From the NCBI GenBank assembly GCA_048882505.1, contig JBHLRO010000005.1, positions 90,001 to 122,000 on the forward strand: a stretch of 32,000 bases of DNA, in the 5' to 3' direction. A program made the translations under genes and the position numbers. Each line of letters opens with the position of its first letter. Position 1 is the stretch's first letter. Under the pieces are notes generated by a model. It had not been told where the DNA came from. It searched no databases and saw only the letters and a list, made by a program, of their open reading frames with translations. The stretch comes from Candidatus Thorarchaeota archaeon. Its GTDB lineage: Archaea > Asgardarchaeota > Heimdallarchaeia > Hodarchaeales > Hodarchaeaceae. Shown piece by piece: positions 9,021 to 18,100 of this stretch.

Positions 9021-10682
9021 TTAAAATAGTTGATGAATCGGAGGAAAAAAAAGAGCGAGTACGCAAACAACACTGAACACGATTGTTGTAGGAATCAAAA
9101 GTATCGCCAAATCGGTTTCTACGTTCAAATGATTTGAATGTGGAGTCTGACCCGCGAAGTCTAACACTACAAAAAAGGAAATCAAAAACACCAGGGAGCA
9201 CCAGAATATGATTGTGGGGATATTTTTATTGGATAGCCAAAGCAGAATCAGGAGACAGCTTGCCGAGGAAAATATTAGTCCCTTATAGAAGAACGACTTA
9301 ACGCGACGTAGGATTGGATATATAATCGGGAAAACAAACGAGGGAAGGATCGAAAAAATTGCCAGCTGAATCGCAACGTCCCACCAGAAATGGAAAGGAT
9401 CGACTCCTAATGACCAGAAACCCCAGGCCCCTAAGAGTAAAGGCAAAAAGATGGTTACTAGAATAAAAAAAGTATGCTGTATCGCCATTAGGATTCGAAA
9501 ACGCATATTGAATTTGACCATGGCCTGATCTTTTGTTTTTTTGTAATTATTTTGTTTATATTCTGGAAAGTTACCAATATAAACCGGCCCAAATGTCGGA
9601 CGCCATCCATAACGGCGTATAGCATGCTGGTTAACACCCGTTGCCGACAATTGCGGTAATATAAGACGCTTATGGCCTAAAAATGTTGAATTTACAAATA
9701 GTCGGAGAGCGTCTATAACTTGACGATGCGTAAAATGCTTTCCTCCCGCAGCGCACCATACATTTATTCCTGAAGAATCTATTATCAGGATCCAACAATC
9801 GATATAAGATTTAGCTAATGACCTATTTACGCTCCACGCTGTCCAGTAATAGTTCCCCGTTACTAATAAGGGCGAATCTTTTGTCGGAGTACCGACATAA
9901 TAAAGGCCTGGCGCAACCTTACTTCTTGTATAGATTCCGTTGACCATACAATACAATGTACGGGCTAATCCAAATTTTCCCAAAGTTCTTGAAAGAGGTA
10001 CCCTCTTGGTAGGACTATATTCTTCCACAGGAACGTCCGAAGTGCAACTAAAGAGCTGGATTGACCCCAGGGATAATAGGCGCATGGGAGAGAAGTATTT
10101 TTCCAATAATCTGTAAAAGTCCCTGATAGGAAAAGTCTGGGAGATATTTCGGAGGACCGATATCTGCGAATTGATCAAATGTTTGAACCAATAGAAGTAT
10201 TTTCTAACGCCAGACCTAGGTAGTGTGTCAGCTGCAATGTACAGGGTACCGTTCCACATTAAAAGTTCTCTCACTTGTCTTAAAAACAGTTGTTGTCTAA
10301 GAGGAGTTAATTCTGATAAGACAAAGGTTGAAACAACATAATCAAAAGGACCCAATGAGATTAAATCTTCAAAAACCGAATAATCAGTAAAATCCCCCTG
10401 TAGGAAAGATATTTTTTCGTTCAATCCCTCTTCATAAGATTTTTCAGTCGCATATTTGATCATTTCCCCGGAAATATCGATTGCGATCACTTCTAGCCCT
10501 TTCTGTGCAAGCTGACAAGATAGCTGCCCTGTACCGCAGCCAATTTCGAGAACTTTTCCTCTACTCCCGATTTGCTCCAAAATTCGTCTATAGATCTCTT
10601 TAGATTCCGGAAAAAGACGGTAGAACTCTTGATCATATGTGGTCGGATCTTTCTCTAGTATTTTCATATATAAGAGACTCAT
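9021..10682 (-). CDS. hgcA: Class I SAM-dependent methyltransferase fused to an HgcA-like corrinoid-binding domain and C-terminal transmembrane domain
   Basis: N-terminus: VLEIGCGTG, IAIDIS, QGD, FDYVVSTF. Middle: PGLY.VG.P...SPLLVTGNY, GINVWCAAGGK, LILPQLSATGV, FGPV. C-terminus: several TM helices ending DFAGQTP. The symbol denotes homology, not proven Hg methylation. Confidence 0.85.
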   Translation of the reverse strand: MSLLYMKILEKDPTTYDQEFYRLFPESKEIYRRILEQIGSRGKVLEIGCGTGQLSCQLAQKGLEVIAIDISGEMIKYATEKSYEEGLNEKISFLQGDFTDYSVFEDLISLGPFDYVVSTFVLSELTPLRQQLFLRQVRELLMWNGTLYIAADTLPRSGVRKYFYWFKHLINSQISVLRNISQTFPIRDFYRLLEKYFSPMRLLSLGSIQLFSCTSDVPVEEYSPTKRVPLSRTLGKFGLARTLYCMVNGIYTRSKVAPGLYYVGTPTKDSPLLVTGNYYWTAWSVNRSLAKSYIDCWILIIDSSGINVWCAAGGKHFTHRQVIDALRLFVNSTFLGHKRLILPQLSATGVNQHAIRRYGWRPTFGPVYIGNFPEYKQNNYKKTKDQAMVKFNMRFRILMAIQHTFFILVTIFLPLLLGAWGFWSLGVDPFHFWWDVAIQLAIFSILPSFVFPIIYPILRRVKSFFYKGLIFSSASCLLILLWLSNKNIPTIIFWCSLVFLISFFVVLDFAGQTPHSNHLNVETDLAILLIPTTIVFSVVCVLALFFPPIHQLF

Positions 10683-11825
10683 TTATTTTGACCATCCCAG
10701 TAGATGTCTATTACCAATATGTACATTTTTGAGATGCTTCTTTGCCGCCAAATAGCATTTTTTAACTTGATCAGGTGATGTAAAAGGTAAATCGCTTAGG
10801 AACGAGGAAGGATGAAAGGCTAGAAGGCTATAGGGAATCGTTTCATCTAATTCGGCCAAAAAGCCTGCGATAAGTTCAACTTCTATGGCATCAATGTACC
10901 CAGGAATTAGTAACGTTGTTGCAGCAAGCACCGGGATTACTTTTCGCTGATGATAGAACTTGTGGAAGCATTTTTCGAAATTTTTGAAAGACTGTTCATT
11001 AGAGACTCCGCTGAGAACTCGTGATAGAATCGGATTAAAGTACTTTAAATCAAATTTGACATTTCCTCCCGTATCCAGAGCTAAAGCTACCGCATTACCT
11101 ACCAGTTTTGGGTGCCCAGCGCCATTCCATTCCCAACAGACACGAAGGATACGATCAGAATATTCTTTAACCGCTTTTTTGCTCGCACGGAGAGCCCAGG
11201 GCAGCTGCGGCTCAGGTGATCCCCCAAACCAACATATACAAGAAACTAGCGGATCGTTGGCCTTTGAAAGGAATTTTTCTAGCGTATAGCGCTCGCCAAT
11301 GTTAATATTTCTATGTTGCGCGTTTTGACAACCATAACAAAAGAAATTACAACCATAAAGGAAGCAAGCAAGATTATAATGGCTAAATTCTGGGCCTGGA
11401 GCACAGGCAAACCTGGGATAACCTTTGCCTGTGCCACCTGGACAAAAATATGTTGAGCAACAATTAGTTGGAAGAGGGTCCAAATATGTGTGCAAAATCG
11501 CTTCTATGTTACCTGAAATCGATCTAATCCTTCCTCCACGATTTTCCCAAAGCCCACAATATCCTGATTCCCCTGGAGCTATATAGCAGGTATTCGAACA
11601 GACTTTACACTGAACTCCCTCTGAATCATGCGGGAGATTTGTACGTAATCCCCATTTTGAACGAGAATACGAATGCACGTCCTCGATGTACTGTAAAACC
11701 TTTGTAGGATTATTACGGATACATTCAGAACAAATACCTATATGTTGGGAAAATATGGGAGGACTTTCTTGACAGATACGACATCTTCGTGTTTTTTTCG
11801 ATTGAGGGCCACGAATGAAGGGCAT
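10683..11825 (-). CDS. Radical SAM protein (PFL-activating / AmmeMemoRadiSam-like) with Cys-rich N-terminus
   Basis: CxxxCxxC motif GCNFFCYGCQN, FGGSPEPQ, KFDLK, plus CRIC, CSEC and CKVCSNTC...G..GYCG clusters. Confidence 0.88.
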   Translation of the reverse strand: MPFIRGPQSKKTRRCRICQESPPIFSQHIGICSECIRNNPTKVLQYIEDVHSYSRSKWGLRTNLPHDSEGVQCKVCSNTCYIAPGESGYCGLWENRGGRIRSISGNIEAILHTYLDPLPTNCCSTYFCPGGTGKGYPRFACAPGPEFSHYNLACFLYGCNFFCYGCQNAQHRNINIGERYTLEKFLSKANDPLVSCICWFGGSPEPQLPWALRASKKAVKEYSDRILRVCWEWNGAGHPKLVGNAVALALDTGGNVKFDLKYFNPILSRVLSGVSNEQSFKNFEKCFHKFYHQRKVIPVLAATTLLIPGYIDAIEVELIAGFLAELDETIPYSLLAFHPSSFLSDLPFTSPDQVKKCYLAAKKHLKNVHIGNRHLLGWSK

Positions 11826-11930
11826 TGCTTAATTTACTATCTTGCGGATTAAAAACTTTCATTCTCCAAGTGCATTGATATCGTCTCTCCCTTCTGTAAA
11901 TATTCATTCTCCTATAACAGACGAATTCAT

Positions 11931-12476
11931 TTACCTCTCAGTATTAACCATTAGGCGAGCCAGGTCTGAAAAAGCCGCTTCCACATTCTCTCCAGTTAGC
12001 GCGGAAGTATCATAATGGTGAGGAATTGTTTCTAGCTCTCGGAAGGCGTCAACATGTTCCAAGGAAACGGTTCGCAATTCAAATAGATCAGATTTGTTTC
12101 CTATCAAGACAAATGGAATTCGACCAGTTACGGCCTCGATATCCCTAATCCAGACGTGTAAAGACTCCAAGGTTTCTTGAATTGTGATATCATATACAAG
12201 TAATGCGCCACGGGCATTTGAAAAGAACTTATTCCGAATAGATCGAAATAGGGTCTGTCCAGCGATATCCCAAATCTGTAATGAGATATCCTGTTGGTCT
12301 TGTACCAATCTTTTTGAAGTAATTTCGACTCCAATGGTTGCCTTATAATCGGATTTGAACTGACCATGGACAAAGCGATTGATCAATGTTGTTTTTCCAA
12401 CAGCACCTTCGCCAGCCAAAATGATCTTGAACTTATATTGGCCTTCTTCTTCTAGTTCATTTACTTCAATACTCAT
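11931..12476 (-). CDS. Rab/Ras-like small GTPase (eukaryotic-signature type)
   Basis: G1 GEGAVGKT, G2 TIG, G3 WDIAGQ, G4 NKSD, G5 TSAL. No C-terminal prenylation cysteines. Confidence 0.93.
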   Translation of the reverse strand: MSIEVNELEEEGQYKFKIILAGEGAVGKTTLINRFVHGQFKSDYKATIGVEITSKRLVQDQQDISLQIWDIAGQTLFRSIRNKFFSNARGALLVYDITIQETLESLHVWIRDIEAVTGRIPFVLIGNKSDLFELRTVSLEHVDAFRELETIPHHYDTSALTGENVEAAFSDLARLMVNTER

Positions 12477-12494
12477 CCTGGCTCATCCTAAACT

Positions 12495-13253
12495 CTATTT
12501 TCCTTGAGCTAGCCGTTCTGCAAGATAGGTTGGTAGTCCCACACTCAGAATATCGCTTTGAACCTTGGGAATGTCGTATTCCACCCGAATGATCTCAGCT
12601 GAGCAGTCATCCATGTCGATTACAGCATAGCTTGCTCGTGGATCTCGGTCGCGGGGTTGTCCCACACTTCCAGGATTACACATCAAAAGTGGGCCTTTTT
12701 CTGATTCCATCGTATCTACGAATGGTATATGTGTATGACCCAAAAGCAATACACCAACTTCAAACAATTCCATAAATGGAAACAGGCTTTTTTGCTGTTG
12801 CGACCCTGGAAACACATATTCATCTAGGGGATATTCGGGGGATCCATGAATAAGTGCGATTTGGGTTTTATATCCCTGGTGTAGGCAGGTCTGACTGGAA
12901 GGTAGCTTATAAACACTATTTTTTTCTTCGGTGGTTAGAAGTTCCACATGCCATCGAATTGCCTCTTGAGCGTATGTATTGAACTTTTTAATGTACTTTT
13001 GGTAATGGGTCGAATCGCCGCCTCTTCCCAAACCAACACCATGGTCATGATTCCCCTTGGAGATCGCGATCAGTTTCTCTTCTTTAAAAACACGTTGCAG
13101 AACCTCTCGTGGGTTTGGGCCATATCCCACAAGATCACCAGGACAAAGATATTCTGTGACTTCTGAAAACTGCGATTCAATATCCTCCAGTACAGTATCA
13201 AGGGCAACAATGTTTGAATGGATGTCCGAAAAAACCGCGAGTGTATATGCCAC
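12495..13253 (-). CDS. Calcineurin-like metallophosphoesterase (MJ0936/YfcE-type)
   Basis: SDIHSN, GDLVGYGP, GNHD, HGSP, GHTH and NPGSVGQPRD motifs. Confidence 0.9.
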   Translation of the reverse strand: MAYTLAVFSDIHSNIVALDTVLEDIESQFSEVTEYLCPGDLVGYGPNPREVLQRVFKEEKLIAISKGNHDHGVGLGRGGDSTHYQKYIKKFNTYAQEAIRWHVELLTTEEKNSVYKLPSSQTCLHQGYKTQIALIHGSPEYPLDEYVFPGSQQQKSLFPFMELFEVGVLLLGHTHIPFVDTMESEKGPLLMCNPGSVGQPRDRDPRASYAVIDMDDCSAEIIRVEYDIPKVQSDILSVGLPTYLAERLAQGK

Positions 13254-13669
13254 CGTTACCGCCCAAGAGGATATAGAGGAGATTTTGAGGAGGAAAATTC
13301 AAGCAATCATTGAACGTAATTTTACTCTGAACATTGTATAAAGGTGTTTCCAAATAAAACTTTGCAAATCATCAGTCCATTATGTATTGCGACCTATATT
13401 TTCTTTAGCGTCTACCTTCAGCCAAGTATTGGACGCTCCTCGCTGCAAACTTAAAGGGTTTTCTACGAAAGACGTCAGTTTAATCTGGCGTCCTAGTATA
13501 CTCGTTTCACTTCTATCAAAAGTCCTCTGTATTTTCCCTTGATCAAGATGCGGGTTTTTAGGAGAAATTGAGCGAACTGCATAAGCCAACGGGCTTCTAG
13601 GCGGCTGGAAACCATTTACGGAGAAAATATCTAGATAATTACATATATGCACTCAAACTAGATTCTATC

Positions 13670-14986
13670 ATGGTAAAAGGTGGGAAGATCAAAACTAGGA
13701 CTCGAAAATTGAGGAAATTCCCCTGTAACTCTTTGATCATTCTAATATTACTTCCAATAGTCATCGGAAATCTGCCCATCACTCAAGAAATCCCCTTCTC
13801 CGATCGAACTCCAAAAACTGAAGGGGTAGATTATATGAAAGTGGACATGGCGGAGGAAAATTCAGAATTGATAGAAACAACGGACTTCCCTCAATCTTCT
13901 GTCCTGGAATCGGGATCGGAAATTATAGAATCTTATTTACCTACTTTTAACGTTGAATCAGACACGGAAGGATATTGGTTAGTTATCGAAAATGACACCA
14001 ATGATCTTGACCCCCGTCTTTCAACCGCCTACATCGAAGTGGCTCAAAAATTTGAAATTATGGAAGAAATGGCCAATGTAACTCAAATCCAGGTTTATTT
14101 AAAATATATAGATTTGGATTCAGGCGATGACATTCCACACGGGGTAATCTCCATTTTTACTGATAATAACGGAGCTCCTGGAATCCCACTAGGAACAGCA
14201 TCATTAGAAGAGGGATTTGCTTCACTCAATTTAGGTGTTACTATTGGCCCTGCATGGGTTACTTATACTCTTCAAACTCCGATCGAGGTAACCATGGGAG
14301 AGTACTGGATAGTCCTTAGCGATACAGGAAATCAAGCAGCGGGCTATTGGGAATGGTATACCCAAGCTGATATAAATAACGAGGATGCAGGTGACTGGGC
14401 TGCACGTTCATCTCATGAAGGAGATTGGTATGTCAATCCCATTCCTGTTGGTGATCTTCTTTCTTCCGTTAGGATTCTTCCAACTCAAACATCTCCTCCC
14501 GAAGAAGAACCAAATGAGGATCCTCAGGGTAACAATACCCTTTATTGGTTTGTGTTCAAGAGCCCAGGGATTGGCGCCTTTGAATACAACTTAACCTTTG
14601 TAATGAAAGATTCAAGCGATCTAAAACAATTCCATCACAGGCATCAGAATAAAGGTAAGTCTCACTCGAAATCCAATGGTTCACCCAAGGAGAACTATTT
14701 TTTCGATGATGAATCGTCCGCCATCGTTTTTGTAATTGAAATAGGAAATGAATTATTCGAAGCTAATGGGGCCTCCTCCCGATCAACTAGACTAAACAGG
14801 AATGTCCTTGGAGTTGTTTTAAGTAGAATTCATTCTTTTATCTATACGGTCTCTGAAACATTTTCGTATCGATATTTAGGTATTATATTCAAAATTAAAA
14901 CCTTGAATGCATCGGGAAGATCTGTTTCCCACGATGTAGTAATCAGGTTTTCTGTTGGTCGTATTCTTTCAAGTACCAAGGCATAA
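13670..14986 (+). CDS. Secreted/surface hypothetical protein
   Basis: Basic N-terminus plus hydrophobic signal-like segment. Contains an acidic beta-rich domain paralogous to part of the next gene, and a PPEEEPNEDP linker. Confidence 0.75.
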   Translation: MVKGGKIKTRTRKLRKFPCNSLIILILLPIVIGNLPITQEIPFSDRTPKTEGVDYMKVDMAEENSELIETTDFPQSSVLESGSEIIESYLPTFNVESDTEGYWLVIENDTNDLDPRLSTAYIEVAQKFEIMEEMANVTQIQVYLKYIDLDSGDDIPHGVISIFTDNNGAPGIPLGTASLEEGFASLNLGVTIGPAWVTYTLQTPIEVTMGEYWIVLSDTGNQAAGYWEWYTQADINNEDAGDWAARSSHEGDWYVNPIPVGDLLSSVRILPTQTSPPEEEPNEDPQGNNTLYWFVFKSPGIGAFEYNLTFVMKDSSDLKQFHHRHQNKGKSHSKSNGSPKENYFFDDESSAIVFVIEIGNELFEANGASSRSTRLNRNVLGVVLSRIHSFIYTVSETFSYRYLGIIFKIKTLNASGRSVSHDVVIRFSVGRILSSTKA

Positions 14987-15131
14987 GAGATGGTTTACTA
15001 GTAGTGGTGCCAAGACGAGTGAAGTATCAAAATGCTTATGTATCAACAGAGACCAATATTGACGAGGGATCTTGAAACCGCGGGGCCAGAGAGGCTACAT
15101 TCCTTTTATCATATATTGAATGGTAGGATGA

Positions 15132-18100
15132 ATGGTGGATTTTTCTAGATGGTCGAAGAACGGTCAAAAATTCATTCAGTTCCTTTTCATTTTGCTTGTC
15201 GCAATTCCTATTGCCAATCCACTGTTATTCCAACCTGAGGATAAATTTTTTGTTGAAAAGCATTTTAATACAACTATCCTCCGTAATCCAGAGGGAGGCT
15301 TAATTCCGCAGACAGAAGAGATGCGCAGCGTTGCAAAATCTTCTAGAATATCCAAAGAACTTGGTAATGATCCTACTGATTCAGCAGCATCTGATAGAGG
15401 TTTGCTTTCACATAGCATCGGTACACGATTGGGAATTGGAACGGGGTCTCACTCTGTGATCGACTCGTATACTAGGGTCAATCTAAGCGAGTTAAATACC
15501 ATGAATTCAATCAAAGACGGGTATACTAGCCAACGCAATGCGACTTTTTCGATCGATCCCTTGGTCGCCTCTTCCCAGGAGGCTGTTTTTTTTCAGATCC
15601 AGGAAGTGATAGCACAAGAAGATTGGCGGGCGATGGAAAACAACATTTCAAGTGCAGATTCGCTCAGTTCGACATCCTTTGTTGAGGCAGGCCAAAAGTT
15701 CGAAATAAAAGAAGATTATGCTAATATCACAGAAGTCAGTGTTTTTCTCAAGTATGTTGATGCCATTGGCCTTGATGGAAATATTCCCCACGGTAACGTA
15801 TCTATCCATGATGATAACTCTGGGGAACCAGGTAAACAGTTAGGTACAATGACGCTTGAAGAGGGATTTGGTTCGCTGGACATCGGACCAGCAATCCCCG
15901 CGGCCTGGATTAGCTACAGGTTTTCCGTCCCAATCAACCTAACAAAAGGATCATATTGGCTAGTGCTCAATGACACTGGAATTCCAGCGGAAGGATCCTG
16001 GGAATGGTACGCGCAGGAGGATACATCCCTTGGGAATGCAGGTGATATTGTTTTAAAAACAAGTCATGTAGATACGTGGTCTCTTAACCCCTTTCCGTAT
16101 GATGGTCATGACATTATTTCAGCAGTTAGGATTCTTCCCACTGATGGAAACTGGAACAATCTAACCTATACAAGTCCATCAGACATAAAAATGAACTATA
16201 CTACAACGGAAGGGGGATATACATTGAGTTCATTCTCTTTTGAAGCCAATAATACCCTTTCCCATGAATTTAACACAACAACCTCCGTTTCATTTTCCCT
16301 TTTGAATACAGTAAATTATGCATATTCTGGGAATCCCATCAATGGAACCTCCACATATCGAGCTGAAAATGGTTCACTGGTATTATGGAATATAACGTTC
16401 TCCACGATTCAAATTAGTACTTCTGATGCAATCAAAAATCGTACGATAACAATCGATGGCATACCTGTGGATTGGAATGGTTCAAGAATATATTGGAATA
16501 ATTCTGACGTGCCAGAATATCCCGATTTAATCAATGATTTTAACGTGACTTGGGATGGAGACCCAGCTCATAAATACACCCATGGTAATACAACTATGGT
16601 TGTTAATGTGAGCACTTTAACTGACAACGTCACCTGGCATGTGTGGTTCGAGGCTCCCAATTATCTTCTCAATTTCACTCTTGGCCGTGGCACTACCCCG
16701 TTCATTATCCCCTATGAAGCCAATGCTACTGATCTCTTGAACTTGACCTTCTACACCCGATATACGGGGAACCTATCTTACTGGATCGATTTTCCCAACG
16801 GGTCTTCCATTGCACGTGTGGACATTAACGGTATAAACACAGAATTTTGGGAGGAATGGGACATTATTCAAACATTAGATCCAACCATTAATGTAAACGG
16901 AACTTATTGGCTTCAGGCATTTTGGAGCAAAGACAATTCAACCAAGGTAGGCACATTTGTTCGGTATTTGGACCTTTTTGTGAATACATCATTATCGCCC
17001 CTAAACGACACTGAAATTTTGATAGGCCAGAGTTTAAATTTGGCCGTTAATTATAGATCCACCCACAACGGTACGGACATCAAAGGAGCTTTAATTTGGG
17101 CTAATGCAAGCTGGCCCACAGGTGCCAGACAAAACGTGACTATGAATCAGCTAGGGGATGGATCCTATAATGCATCTTTTTCCACCACGGGGCAACCTGC
17201 AGGTTATATAGGAACGGTAACCGTAAACACTCGAGTTGGTTGGTTTGTAAACCGGACGCAGATCTTTTTTGTCAAATTTGTTGAAAATTCTTCACTCTTT
17301 GTTGATAGGCAAAATCTCGTATTAGAATGGCGTGAAAACGCCACCCTGCGTATAGATTATCTCAACTCGACAAACGGAGTCATTTTCGACGGAATTGTGA
17401 AAATTGCTGGAAATGTGGTTTCATTTGATACCGGGGCATTCTTCTATAGCTTAAATACAACGGATTTTGGTGGGATTGGATCCTACATGGATATCCCAAT
17501 TGTTGCAACTCATAGCCAGTACCTCTCTCGTCAAATTAACATATCCTTGACCATTACTTCTGGTGAGACCAGTATTGAAGGGAAGTATAAAGGTCAACCC
17601 CAAACCAATAATACCCTGATATCGGAAGATATCATTTTCGCTGCAAACGCGCAGGATACGTTTATGATCAATTTTCGTTATCATTCTACCTTTCCTATTG
17701 ACCTAACTCTAAATACCACGCCCGTAGTTAATTATTCTGCAATACAAGGTGTTTCTCTTAAATCGGAACTTAACTTAACTTGGACGATCATCATTAATCC
17801 TGATAGTATAGGTACTTACTCGATTAACGTCTCCTTCTCGCTAGCGAATTATAATAGGAGTCTATTTAACTTTAAGATTAACGTAATCAAGGCACCGACT
17901 GAGGTGGTTAGTAATATCGCATTTCCTAGAATTGTCTATTTTACTGATAACTTTGTTTTCTATTTACAATTTCAGAGTACAGCTTACAATGAACCAATTC
18001 CACTCGTAACGCCTACGATTGACGATGAATCCAAGATAACGTTCCTAAACAATGATACGGAAAAATATTGGTTCAGGTTCAATACCACTCAATTATCATT

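Noticed and set aside
9021-10682. Calling the organism a confirmed mercury methylator
   Set aside because: The variant cap helix, extra MTase domain and atypical ferredoxin tail mean activity cannot be assumed from homology.
13380-13652. 90-aa minus-strand ORF in the divergent intergenic region
   Set aside because: No motifs; composition looks non-coding and it occupies the expected promoter space.
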